DNA of 64,000 nucleotides from Octopus vulgaris. Lineage: Eukaryota. Every line of letters starts with the position of its first letter. The first letter of the stretch is position 1. Below are positions 1 to 12,307 of the stretch, one piece after another. The notes below the pieces were generated by a model. It made no database searches. It was not told the origin of the DNA and saw nothing but the letters and a program-made list of their open reading frames with translations. The DNA is taken from assembly GCA_951406725.2 (NCBI GenBank), contig OX597823.1, positions 93,000,001-93,064,000 of the forward strand, given 5' to 3'. A program made the position numbers and the translations under genes.

Positions 1-559
1 TGTATGTATGCAGTGTGCATGTGAGTGTTTGTGTGTGTGTGGGTGCATACTCGAGGGAGAGCGGTAGAGGGAAAAGTGAAAGATGCATAACAGAAGCATT
101 ACTGAGATATCTACATACATCGATACCTATTAAAAAGCGATGAGAAAGAAGAAAACAAACAAGAGAACGGCAGAGTACCGTTTGCTTTTGGTAGATTTGT
201 ACGTGTGTTGTGCAGACATTTCTAAGTGAAACGTGCCGATTTCCAATGGAGCAGATCAATAAGTTACATCATTGATAGAGAGCCGAATTATTCACTTTGT
301 TCCGAAAGTGTTTTTCCCTGAGATCAATCAATGTTTGCATCGACTGTGTACAGCTTTATTATCTAAAACTATACATTGATGGCTGCATGTGGCTGCTAAA
401 TGTATTTCATAAGATGCACGCCGAAGGTCGATATGCCTCTTTCAATAAGCAATGCTTTACACATTTAGAATTTTTTTTCTGTTACATATCATCTCTCTCA
501 CAATGTCATTCGTCTCTCTTTCTATTTGTTTGTCTGTCTGTCTCTCTCTCTCGGTCACA

Positions 560-627
560 CACACTATCTCTATTTCTCTCTGAGTACACACATACATGCA
601 TATTCACACCCACCCACACATACATAT

Positions 628-691
<64 letters not shown>

Positions 692-902
692 ATATCTACA
701 TGTAAGTATACATATATATTTATGCATCTGCGTAAGATAATTAGATACATATATGTGCGTTTGTATATACATACGCATGTGTATATGTATATGTATATAT
801 ATATATATATGTGTGTGTGTATGCGTGTGTGTGTGTATATATATAGATACATGCACACATAAATATATACGTATGTATACACACAATCACACGCATACAT
901 GC

Positions 903-981
<79 letters not shown>

Positions 982-1004
982 CATACATATATGTGTGTGT
1001 GTGT

Positions 1005-1041
<37 letters not shown>

Positions 1042-1283
1042 CATGTATGCATAATTGTGTGTATACATACGTATATATTTATGTGTGCATGTATCTATAT
1101 ATATACACACACACATACATACTTCTATGTATGTGTGTGAATATATACATACATACAAACAAACACACAAAAACACAGACACACACACATACACATACAA
1201 ACGCAAATATATGTATATAAAATCATGCCTGCAGTCATTCCTCGCACAGTGATACACAGAAACACACATTTATTTTATAACCA

Positions 1284-1350
<67 letters not shown>

Positions 1351-1440
1351 CACTAAAATATTTCGCATCACATTCATTCACATATATATACGCTCTATAA
1401 ACTACACACACACATATACACACACGTACGCGCATACAAT
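560..1440. repeat. Compound (TA)n/(CA)n microsatellite block
   Basis: Long TA and CA/TG runs; source of the YI/CV/HT pseudo-ORFs. Similar blocks occur throughout. Confidence 0.95.
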
Positions 1441-1914
1441 CAGAAACCCTCTCCTTTATCTCATCGTACGTCTATAACCATTCATCTTCGTTATTACCCT
1501 CTTTTATTCTTCTCTAAATACGCAAACTCACAAATGCTAAATAAACATTGACTTACTGCCAGCCTTCTGTTACGTTGATGCCCGTCTTGATTTATGGCTT
1601 TTAGGGGAACATTCTTAATGTACAGCTTCAGTTAAACACGAGAATATGAAATTATAAGGTCGAAGGTACTCGATTTAGCTCAACGTGTATTTATATATTC
1701 TAACTTCCCTTCGTAGTCCGTTGTTAATTCTGCATATCTTCAAATAATGAAAACGTCAACGTGTGAGCAGACAGTGAGGTATTCCATTTAGAAAGGTTTT
1801 ATGTAACTTTTCCTTGAAATGGTTTTCGTCTACTCAGAGGAATGTGGCCAACACCTGGCTAGTTTTCCAGTTAGGTTTTAATTCTTTTGCTTCCATATTT
1901 TTCTTGAAATAACC

Positions 1915-2055
1915 GGCACTCCGTCTGTTACGACGACATATGTTCCAGTTTTTCTTATCAACGGAACGGCCTGCTTTTGAAATTAACGAGAAACAGGTTG
2001 AACATTCCACAGACGCACGTACCCTTCACAGAGTTTTCAGGGAGATTTAGCAAGT
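1915..2055 (-). mobile_element. SINE 3' fragment (same family as 4775-5128)
   Basis: ggcactccgtctgttacgacg...aacggaacggcctgc...ttccacagac is the reverse complement of the tail at about 5000-5128. Confidence 0.7.
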
Positions 2056-2290
2056 GCACCATCGGATGGATTCTTATCCATAGATAATTTCCTGCACTCA
2101 GAATGTTCGAAGGAATTCTTCACCTCCGAAGACAAGAACTGGTATCAGAATGGGACCAAAGAACTAGTAGAGAGGTGGCCTCAGACAGTACAGCACAATG
2201 GTCTCTACTGTCAATACTACGAATTTAATGGAAGAATAAAGTCAATAAGTTAACAAATTATTGCAAAACCTTTGACTCAAAACACTATTA
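2056..2290 (+). mobile_element. mariner transposase C-terminal relic plus TIR remnant
   Basis: APSD at 2056, then KEFFTSEDKNWYQNGTKELVERWPQTVQHNGLY from 2110. The same C-terminus and terminal sequence occur in the 32762-33300 copy. Confidence 0.8.
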
Positions 2291-2769
2291 TAATTTTTAA
2301 ATAATTCTGGGTCTCTTGATCCGAGGAGGTTTTCTCTGTGTGTGTAATACCACCAGGTAACGGAAACAACTTTATAGAAAACCCGGATTTCGCAGTCCTC
2401 CACAGATTGTTTTGTCTCTCAGCAGCAGTGAATGCAAAAACTAATATACGCACTACATCTCACCATATTCACTTCCCTATCGGCTAAGTATGATGAGCGT
2501 AAAGTTGTTTAATCGGATTGTTACCTAACATTCCATTGAATTCTTTACGCAATACCGATTGGTAAGATTAGCCGTGATGGATATTTAATACTATACATTT
2601 CGGATTATGTATATATACACACACACACACACACATATATATGTGTGTGTGTATATGGATATATGTGTGTGCACGTGTCTGTATGTATATGGATGTATAT
2701 ATAGTTATGTCATATACAGAAGTAGAACGAATTTTCCTTTTTCTTTCCTGTCTCAGTTTGCAAAACATC

Positions 2770-4045
2770 TAAGACCTTAAAGTAGGTAACCACTGATAGA
2801 CTGGGGGATGGTTAGGCATCTTGGAAAGACAAGATGACTGTTCGAAAAGACAAGCGGACAATAGGAAAGACTATCGACACCAGGAAAAAGTTGCGGAGGC
2901 TGTGGACTTATAATATTCGCCTCTGTAACATGTTTTAACATACACCAATGAGAACGACAGATTAACCGAGAGAAGGAGAGTCGAGAACCAATCAACCCAG
3001 TTAACACGGAAATGACCTTGGACCTGAAAACAGATCTTCCTTCGAAAAGCGAACGAAGTGCAAACAACTTTGGGTGCAAGCTGTGCTGTAGGACCTTTTC
3101 AACTAAAAGAAGCTTGAAGATACATCAGGAAAAGTATTGTAAGAATAGGACAGAGCAGTGTGGATCAACTGATCGTAAAACACGTGGCAAATCATCCCTG
3201 GGCTCAAATCACTGCGGATCGATAAATGCTACAGCAAAAACCTCTTCCCGACAAGAAATTGCAGGTTATGAAACGGGTGAATCACATAGTACTCGGAGGA
3301 AACCGAGGGTTCTGTTGCCTGCTGCTAATGAGAAAGGAAGATATAAAGAGTTTGAGAACAAGGTGTGTCAAGCTTTTTATAAGATGACAGGATCTACAGT
3401 GGAGAAACTGGGGAAGTATACGATAAAAGAAAGGAATTATTTGGAGTGAAAGAGAGTATCCGATTTGCGAAAGAAAAGTGTGGACCAAGTGGGAGGATCA
3501 GGAAAATGAAACAGTTGAGGAGGGAAAAGAACAGCCTAAGAAAACGATGGAAATATGTTGCGGAAGACGGAAAACCTGGCCTCGCGCCGCTGTACGACGA
3601 TTTAAAAGGAAATGTCGTTATGTGCAACGACATATCCGCCGATGTGAACGGCGAAAGGAAAGTAATAGGACTCGGTGACAGTTTCTGAAGAAGTAGTTCA
3701 CTGAACCGAAAAGAGGCACTTTGTCATGCACAAAAGAAGAATTGGATGCTCATATCAAAGAAACCTACAGCGATCCACACAGTAACCAGCCACTGCAACC
3801 TATAAATGGGCAAAAGCATCTCTTCTAATCTGATATCGAATTTCAAATTGGGAACATCAGGGAGAAAGAGGTAAATGATTTCATAAGAGAGGCTAGAGCA
3901 AAGAGTGCCCCAGGAGGTGATGGCGTCTCGTATAAAGTATACAAATATTGCAATCGTCTCCGAAGGAAGCTATTTGTCCTACTCCAAAGCTGTCGCAAGA
4001 AGAAATTCTAGGAGTGGTGTAAGGCAGAAGGCATATACTTTGTTT
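2770..4045 (+). mobile_element. HERO-like (RLE-type) non-LTR retrotransposon, 5' portion, frameshifted
   Basis: N-terminal zinc finger CKLCCRTFSTKRSLKIHQEKYC, then KPRVLLPAANE, LRREKNSLRKRWK, GTLSCTKEELDAHIKETYSDP and the RT-proximal ARAKSAPGGDGVSYKVYKYC...EWCKAEGIY across several frames. This motif order matches HERO-clade ORFs as recalled. Confidence 0.75.
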
Positions 4046-4706
4046 TTGTAACTGGGATGAGAAAGAATAGTAATCTAGCAAGCCGGGCCTCATGTTAGTG
4101 ATGGTACCGGTGCTCATTGATGCCGTCGAGTAGTAGCCCCCGAAACGGCGCGCATTCACTCCTGACGACTCCATACGCTTGCTGGCTTCCGGTACGTGCA
4201 GCTTGCAATTGGTAGCACTTGCATGTGCAGCTTGTTTGCAAAACGCATATATATATTAGGTTGTAATTATTAAATTATAAATAGAGTATCTAAGAGATAA
4301 CATCATCCTTGAAAGAGCAGTCAAAACCTGAGTTTAAAAATCCCATCAAATATTTATTATAGCACAAGGCAAAGAAACAAATAGATAAATAAACTAGTAA
4401 AAATTGGATAATTCCAGATCCTGCATTTCTGCACAAACCTTGCAGTTACCATGGAGAAAAAAATATGTATAAAGCTATAAGCTGTATTTAGTTCGTTCAG
4501 GGTTGCCTCGCTTGGGTACACTTCATCGACAAGAATAAATAAACTCGAAACATCGAGATTTTCGAAAGTGGGCGACACAGAACGAACTGGGTGTGTTTCC
4601 ACACCCTTTTACCATAAAAGTGATTTTTTTTCTCCACGGTAAATGCAGTTTGCAGTTTATTTGCCTGTAGCAGTTGAAATATGTGACAAACATATTTCAA
4701 CAAACC

Positions 4707-4773
<67 letters not shown>

Positions 4774-4774
4774 G

Positions 4775-5128
4775 AACAAGTGGAGGTGCGCTTGTAGGAT
4801 TATGGTTTCGATTCCCAGACCGGGCGTTGTGAGTGTTTATTGAGCGAAAAGAGCTAAAGCCCCGCGAGGCAACGGCAGGGGGTGCAGGCGAACCCTGCTA
4901 TATTCTTTGACCACAACTTCTCTCTCTTTCTTCCCGTTACTGTTGTATCTGTATTTCAAAGGACCAACCTTGTCACACTCTGTGCCACGCTGAATCTCCC
5001 CGATAACTACATTAAGGGTACAGATGTCTGTGGAGTGCTCATTCACTTGCACGTGAATTTCACGAGCAGGCTGTTCCGTTGATCAGAGCAACTGGAACCC
5101 TCGTCATATAAACCGACGGAGCGCCACG
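4775..5128 (+). mobile_element. tRNA-derived SINE
   Basis: B-box-like ggtttcgattccc near 4805. The tail matches 1915-2055 and about 51420-51520 in reverse complement. It follows a (TA)n tract. Confidence 0.7.
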
Positions 5129-5956
5129 AATACAGCGTACTAACACACATACACACACACACACATATATATGTATATATACATACATAATACATACACT
5201 CACTCACACATACATATACTCACAATACACCAATCCACACGCTTTCCCCTTTACATATATGCAGAGAAAACAGATGACATAGACGAAAAAGAAATAGAAC
5301 AAACATAAAAAAACAACAGCAAAAACCTATATCTGATTCTAGATTCTCCACAAATTGCATTCTTGACATTTAGGCTGTCTTACATTCTGTGTGTATGATG
5401 AATAGACGAATGCATGTTTGAATATATATATGGATATTTGTGCGCATTCATTTATGTATATCTTATATGCATATATGTGTTTGATTAGCGTTTAAATACA
5501 TTTACATACAAGTACACATACGTTTAACGAATCAGACGCTCATTCACATATGTACATCTGCATACAAAGAGAAAAACAGAACTTGAATGAATGAAAAAGA
5601 AAGTACGCTAAGAAGAGTGAATGAAAGCATGGTGTGGAAGGTCAAATAAAACAAGGTCAGCAAATGCTACGCGGTCATACAGACAACAGATAATAACCTA
5701 AATCTGCCGCATCAGTTTAAAGACTTTAGGTTTTACCGTTGAATCTAAAGTTTCGTATCACAGATTGCATGTCATTCTCATGCCGTCACCCAATAACTTG
5801 AATAACTTGGATCTTACTTCGCTCCAGATGAAAAGTTTAAAATAATATTTTTGTTCTTCTTGTTGTTTTATTTAATGCCTGTGCTTATTAAAATGTTGTA
5901 ACATAGGTTTCTGCTTCCTGACATTCATTCACGATAGTTCTCTCTCTCTCTCTCTC

Positions 5957-6006
<50 letters not shown>

Positions 6007-6204
6007 CAAACCCGTTCACTCACGCCCTTTCTGCCTCTTCTCCGTTTCTTTCTGTCGCTATTTTCGTTTTGTGCACGGCTGCACATGCATAAAATGACAA
6101 AGACATATAAATATGCAGAACTCCTCTGTATAAATGTGTGTGTGTGGTGAGTGTGGGAAAAGGATATAGGTATTTGCATTGGGACCCCTTTGCATCGAAG
6201 ACCG

Positions 6205-6263
6205 GTGATTGTCGCACGCTGAGGACGGGTAAATACTCAGAAACCCGAGTCCGTGCGTATCAC
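6205..6263 (+). ncRNA. Type I hammerhead ribozyme with complete core
   Basis: Stem I cgcacg(6213-18)/cgtgcg(6252-57), extended by gtgat/atcac. Core CTGAGGA 6219-25, stem II gggt-aaat-actc, GAAAC 6240-44, ccga, cleavage triplet GTC 6249-51. Confidence 0.85.
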
Positions 6264-6510
6264 GTCAGGTTGAAGGTTGGAAGGATGGCTTCCCTTTGCA
6301 AATACCGATAGGGCACAGAAAGTGTGTCTATAGCCAGCTGGAGAAGATGTTCTCCTGGAGCTACAAGCTACTGTAGCATCCACCTTTAGTGATTAGCCAC
6401 ATTTAGATGGCAAATATACTTCACATTGTCGTATGGTTACTGTTTATACCTCATTCAGAGATTTATTATTACTATACATTTATATACATATATATATATA
6501 TATACATATA

Positions 6511-6842
6511 AAGACCCCCTTCGGTCATGAATGACCATGGGATTGCACCTAGAAAGTTACCCTCCGAGGCACAAGTCCGGGCAAGGTTGTTTATGGAAGA
6601 CCAGCAGTCGCCCATGCATACCAGCCTCCCCTCTCCACGTCACCAGTGTTATCCAAGGGAAAGGCAAAGGTCGATACAGCTTGGCACCAGTGACGTCGCA
6701 ACTCATTTCTACAGATGAGTGAACTGGAGCAACGTGAAATAAAGTGCCTTGCTCGAGAACACAACACGCAGCCCGGTCCGGGATTCGAGCTCACAACCTC
6801 ACGATCGTAAGCTCGACGCTCTAACCACTGAGCCATGCGCCT
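6511..6842 (-). mobile_element. Full-length tRNA(Arg)-like SINE
   Basis: Minus-strand head aggcgcaTGGCTCAGTGGttagagcg...ttACGat...gagCTCGAATCCc (A box, ACG anticodon-like loop, B box), then central domain and tail, between TA tracts. Confidence 0.85.
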
Positions 6843-6864
6843 TACATATACACACATACATATA

Positions 6865-6901
<37 letters not shown>

Positions 6902-6920
6902 TTACATATACACACATATA

Positions 6921-6967
<47 letters not shown>

Positions 6968-7437
6968 TTACATATACACACACGTACACACAAACACACT
7001 CACACACACGCACAGGTAAAGATGGAAATTTCCATTTCTAATCTCCTACTATCAACACCTAAGATGTGAGATTTCTTCCTTGAAGACAGAGGCACCTCTC
7101 ATCCGACGATGGCATGAAATAACAATCGTTATTTGGAGTCACCAAGCCCCCAGAAACAGCTGTTGTAACACTTTTTTCAACCCCTTCAATAATTGATATA
7201 ATTTCTATTCTGTGTAATACGGACCTTTTTGTATCTAAATATATAAACATTTTTTTCATTTCTTGTATTAAATATATTTTAAATGTTTTGTATATCGGCT
7301 CGCCTAACTTGTTTATCCTTACATTTACTCCTCTACCTGCTCAAGTTTAAACCTCCTGAGCACTACTATGTGTATTCTATACGGGGAGTATTTAATTCCC
7401 ATCAATGAACTATATACATATATTTATATATAGAGAG

Positions 7438-7469
<32 letters not shown>

Positions 7470-7660
7470 GAATAAATTTACATAGAACATAAGACCACAG
7501 CATACTATAGAGAGGATACATAGTTTTTTTCCAATTCGACAGCTGTCTCTGGAAGGTTAGAATTACATAATAATAGAAATGTTCATAATTAGTAGATGGT
7601 TTGTGGAAAAGGCATGGATATGAAACCAGAAATTAGTCACGTTGAGATATATTTACACAC

Positions 7661-7700
<40 letters not shown>

Positions 7701-7719
7701 AGACACACTCAAGAAGACT

Positions 7720-7985
7720 GAAAGGGCAAATCATATTATCGAGCATCAATCCATAAAGCTAACATATTCTGGACATGCACTGTGCCACGAACCATTGCCT
7801 AAGACCATCCAGAGAGGAAACAGGGTTGAACATAGGCAAATGATGGCATCAAAGTTGTTTGTGGACAGAGGACATCAAAGAGTCCATTGGAAACAAGAGC
7901 TTGGCTGATTGTATGAAGCAGCAGAGCGCACAGCAACTGGAGAGTTGTGTCACGCCGACCCCTGGACACATAAAGGGCACGAAAC
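7720..7985 (+). mobile_element. RTE-like LINE 3' end relic
   Basis: KLTYSGHA...LPKTIQRG...WTEDIKESIGNKSLADCMK resembles the RTE C-terminus (KLxYFGH...KTILQG...WxDxIK). Confidence 0.6.
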
Positions 7986-8254
7986 GGATTTCTGATTATA
8001 TATTAGTGGTACCAAAAGAAACAGAACGACCTCTTAATTTAGTGATACACCTCAGAAATTAAGGAGTATTCCCACTTTTTCTGATATGGCATATTGTCAT
8101 ATGGACATACTAATAGCTATATTGACATGATTCTACCTAAAATGTCCCAACGTTGCAACTAGAAAATGGTTAAGTCATAAAACCTGGAAGGTAAAGAGTA
8201 CGTATACCGAATATCAATAAATGGATTCATCAATTTATTGTTTACCTGTATTTT

Positions 8255-8470
8255 TTTTTTTACCTGTTTCAGTTATTAAAGTGTGGACAGGAAAGGGAGA
8301 CACCGCTTTTGAGAAATTGTAGACGAATCCATCGACGTCAATACTTATTTCTTTTTAAGCCTGTTACTCATTCTATCGGCTCTTTTCTCTGAACTGCTTA
8401 CTTGCGGGGACGTAACAACACCAACACCTGTTTTCAAGCAATGGTAGTGGACAAAAACAGACATACGAAC
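8255..8470 (-). mobile_element. SINE 3' half (41212-type family)
   Basis: tgtttcagttatt...attctatcgg...ggggacgtaac matches the reverse complement of 41430-41600. Confidence 0.7.
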
Positions 8471-8515
8471 ACACACAGGTGTATGTATGTATGTATGTAT
8501 GCATATGCATATATA

Positions 8516-8780
8516 TGATCGTTAGCCACTACACACATTTATCTCTCCTTGTTTTTTCTCTCCTTTTTCTCTCTCCTTTTTTCTCTCTCTTTCTTTCTCT
8601 CTCCTTTTTTCCTATCCTTTTTTCTCTCCTTGTTTCTCTCCTTTTTTTCTGTGTCCCTTTCTGTAGAACAGCGTAGGCTCGAAACGTAAAAGAATTTTTC
8701 TATTCCTGAGTGTTATACATCTGTTTGTTTTGTACACCAACTGTCTTCGTCTTATGTCTTTTTTCGTAAACTCTCCCTAT
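8516..8780 (+). mobile_element. Non-coding PLE-terminus-like module with degenerate minimal HHR (8657-8692)
   Basis: cttt CTGTAGA ac agc-gtag-gct c GAAAC GTA aaag. Second copy at 49663-49855. Flanked by TA-rich repeats. Confidence 0.65.
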
Positions 8781-9536
8781 ATATATGTATATATATGTAA
8801 GTATGTATTATGGGTGTCCGTATATATGTATGCATGTATATATACTATAATGGAGAAAGCTGCTTAGTAATTAGGTATCTAACAATTACTAACAGTACTA
8901 ACAGCAAACAATTAAGAAAGGGTTGACTGTCTGGAAATATTCTTATAAATTCATGTTCAAAGAAATTTCCGATAATTTCCATTTCTCATATGTATTGAAA
9001 TTTTAACTTTAAATTCTCACAAATTTAAATATTCATTGCATTCACTGCATCAAATTCTTAACAAATTTAAGTATTCCTTGTATTCACTGCAGAGTATTCC
9101 ATTTTTATTTGCAAATTTTCACACTTACTCTTTTAATGCTTCCATTTCAAGTTTCAATTTGTTCTTTGGAAAATCGACAGATTATTCTTTTAATGTATAC
9201 GTAATGTAAAAACATTTATTGAATGGAAATTTCCTAAAAATATCCGTATAATGTCAAAATAATTTTGTTTTTTATGGCTGTTTGGAACATTTTAAGCCTC
9301 ACAATAATAACTATCCGGACCGATTTGGGGTATTTTTAACTTAAAAACCAAACCCTAGAGGAGCCTTTTCCGTAAAAATACAGAAAAACAAACCAAAAAA
9401 CAAATAAGTTGTAAATATTTTCAGAGGAAAAGGAGAACAATTCAAAGGAGGTTTCGCTGTTATTTCTAGCACAACCGAAACCACCCTCGGTGTGCTAACG
9501 TTTCTGCCAGCTCGCCGCCTAAGATGTCTGTAAACC

Positions 9537-9762
9537 ATTCAAGAACACACAAAAATAGTTTCATTTCAATATTTGAATTTCATTTCAAATATATTCGTCG
9601 CTTTGAAACCGCGACCTGTTCACTGACAAAAATTCGTGCTGCATCACTTTTGCGAAGTTTCATTAGTGAACAGGTCGCTGTTTCAAAGCGAAGAAAATAT
9701 TTTGACGCAAATGAAAATTTAGATGTTGAAATGAAACCAACTGTTTTTGTGTGTTCTTGAAT
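9537..9762. mobile_element. Long palindromic (fold-back/MITE-like) element
   Basis: Arms attcaagaacacacaaaaa...tttgaaaccgcgacctgttcact / agtgaacaggtcgctgtttcaaa...tttttgtgtgttcttgaat, about 100 bp each. Confidence 0.8.
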
Positions 9763-9871
9763 ACACTGACTTCTTTCCTACAATATAAATTGTTTCTACA
9801 TAAAAAAAAAAATTGTATGTTTATAAACAGGTGCAATTCACTATTAATTTAAACTAACCATTTGAGATAAA

Positions 9872-10425
9872 TACAGGTTTATTCAAAAAGAACGAACAGA
9901 ATTCAAATTTAATTATTAAAACAAACGGTAAGAGACACAAACACACTCTACATCTTTCTTGATTACGGAAGGTTTAAAGTTTATAGCTGAACATGATCAA
10001 TTGAATTAAGCCTTACTTAAAATAATATTCTAATTGTGTTTTAATGTTTCATTTTGTTCATTCTATTTAAAGTTGTATAATTTTCGTTTGTGCAATCCCT
10101 TAGGAAATGACGCCGTCGCAAGAAAAGTCTTTTTGTGTGCAGCAGTTTGAGAAATGCGAATCGATTGTGCAAGTGCAACGTGAATTCAATAAAAATCCAC
10201 CTCGTCACAAGAAAATTTACGAATGGCATAATAATTTTACAGAAAACGGTTGCATTTGTAGAAGGAAAAGCACCAGTTCTCATGGTGCTCACGTTGATTG
10301 CACACTACCTTAAATGAACCTGAATTCTGCCCCTATCAAGAAATGTGTAGAATGTGTTTGTGTCTCTTACCGTTTGTTTTTAAAATAAATTTAAAAGCTC
10401 CTCTTTCGTTTTAAATAACCCAGTA
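9872..10425 (+). mobile_element. Tc1/mariner deletion derivative with DUF4817-like HTH N-terminus
   Basis: About 80 bp imperfect TIRs (aaacaaacggtaagagacacaaacac / gtgtttgtgtctcttaccgtttgttt) flanked by TA. Internal ORF 10107 reads MTPSQEKSFCVQQFEKCESIVQVQREF...PP..KKIYEW..NF.ENGCICRRKST. Confidence 0.8.
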
Positions 10426-10439
10426 TATTTGTGAAGAAG

Positions 10440-10856
10440 GGATCTTTTCGGTTTGAACGCCAGTTTTTTCTAGCAGTGTCATATGAAATTGTTACAAATA
10501 ATTATGACCCTAGTATCGATCTATTGCATTTCAATCTGTTTTAGGGTTAGGGTTAGGGGTGGGGGAAGGATATCTTTTTTTTCTTCCGAAATGTAAATAA
10601 ACCCTATCTGTTTCTTAAACAAGGGACTTATTAATGTGGCATAGTATGTTTTCACCTCCAATAGACGCCATTGATTGGTTGAAATTGCAGAAATTGAAGA
10701 AAAAAACAACAAATATCTTACAAATTATAGAATTTTTTCAATAAAGCCAAGAGAAAAAGATATTTTATAAACACATTCTACCAGTATACGAAGTTTAAAA
10801 GTGTTTAGTTACGTGGAAATTATTTTAAAAAACTGCCGTTCAAACCGAAAAGATCC
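10440..10856. mobile_element. MITE with about 30 bp TIRs and internal (TTAGGG)3
   Basis: ggatcttttcggtttgaacgccagtttttt / aaaaaactgccgttcaaaccgaaaagatcc. Possible degenerate 8-bp TSD tgaagaag/tgaggaat. Confidence 0.85.
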
Positions 10857-12263
10857 TGAGGAATAGTTACAGAGAAAACAGCAGGATTGGAAACCCTGAC
10901 GTTTCGATGTCTAGATCAACGTGCATGAGAACTAACCATCACGACTACCCACTTCACTTGTGCAGAGTCTTCACAATTTCTTAAATAAACATCGCTGTTT
11001 TGTAGAGGAAGATGTCAAATCACTTGTCGGACCATAACAAGGAAACACAATTGAATCACAATTCCGGAATAATCGCTCTTATTTATGCTCGCCATTAATA
11101 AAAGTATTCTGGGAATTTCAGGTTTCTTTCTGTTTGGCGCTATTTCTCACCACACATTTCTTTCCCCTCGTCTATATTCTCTCCCACTCTCCCCTCTCAC
11201 TTCTGCCTCTTTATTTCTCTTTATCTGTATCTCTTCCATTTTCTCCTACTTTATATCGCTCTTATTTCGTACACATTCAATTTTCTCTCTGCACATTTTA
11301 ATCATTTCATTTTCGCCCCATCCCCTACTTTCCCACCTCAGCACTATGTTTCAGCTACAAGACAGCTAAGCTTCGTTCAAGAAGGAAATGTGGGAATTAA
11401 CAGATTTATGTTCTTGTCAGTTCGGTCTCTGGTGAAGAGAAAGAATTATACTTGAAAAAGCAGGTGTTGGCTGTGGAGGAGAGAAGAGGAATTTCTTTGA
11501 AATTTATCATTTAAAAATAGCTATCTCACTAGGTTCTTTCGCGTTTTTCGCTGAACCGAAGAACTCTCAGAGATATTTGGGAAACATTTATAATTCTCAG
11601 AAAGTCTGTGAAAGGAAATTAGTATGTGGAACTCTCCTGAAAGGGAAATGGTAAAAAGACCCCAAGAGAAAATTATGTTATACAATTCAAAGAGAAAATT
11701 GAATTTTTCAGATCATATAGATTATGGAAAGAAGTACTGTGTGCAAGGGGAGTTCTTGAATTATGAGTGAGAAGTCGACGAAACGTAGACATTCATTTAC
11801 AGGCACCCCACACACCCATATATGAATGCCCACGTGTATGCGTACGTGTCTTATGTGTGTCTATGGAAGTGTGGCTATGTTAATGTCTTTGGGTACCATG
11901 GATGGCGATGTTAATGTCTTTAGGTACGAAGGATGGCTATATTCTTGCGTATGCATACATTTTTTTCTTTACCCGATTTGCAGCATTCAACTCGCTCTAT
12001 ATGTCTCTCCACTTATGTTTGCGGCTGTTAATTGAACTACACAAATGAACACACACACACAAATACACAAACATATAAATGTATGTATATATATGTATTA
12101 TGTATGTATGTGTATATATGTGTATATATGTGTATATATGTGTATATATGTTTGTATGTATTATATATGCCTATATATATATATGTATATGTGTGTATGT
12201 GTATATATATATATATGTATATATGTATATGTATATATATATATGTATATATATATGTATATG

Positions 12264-12307
<44 letters not shown>

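Noticed and set aside
297-1435. Numerous [12 protein letters not shown] ORFs here and throughout the ORF track
   Set aside because: Stop-free translations of dinucleotide microsatellites, not proteins.
4110-4175. CTGACGA and GAAAC close together
   Set aside because: Flanking bases do not form stems I and II in any HHR topology.
6775-6842. tRNA-Arg gene
   Set aside because: The acceptor stem is not closed and it continues into a SINE body; it is a SINE head.
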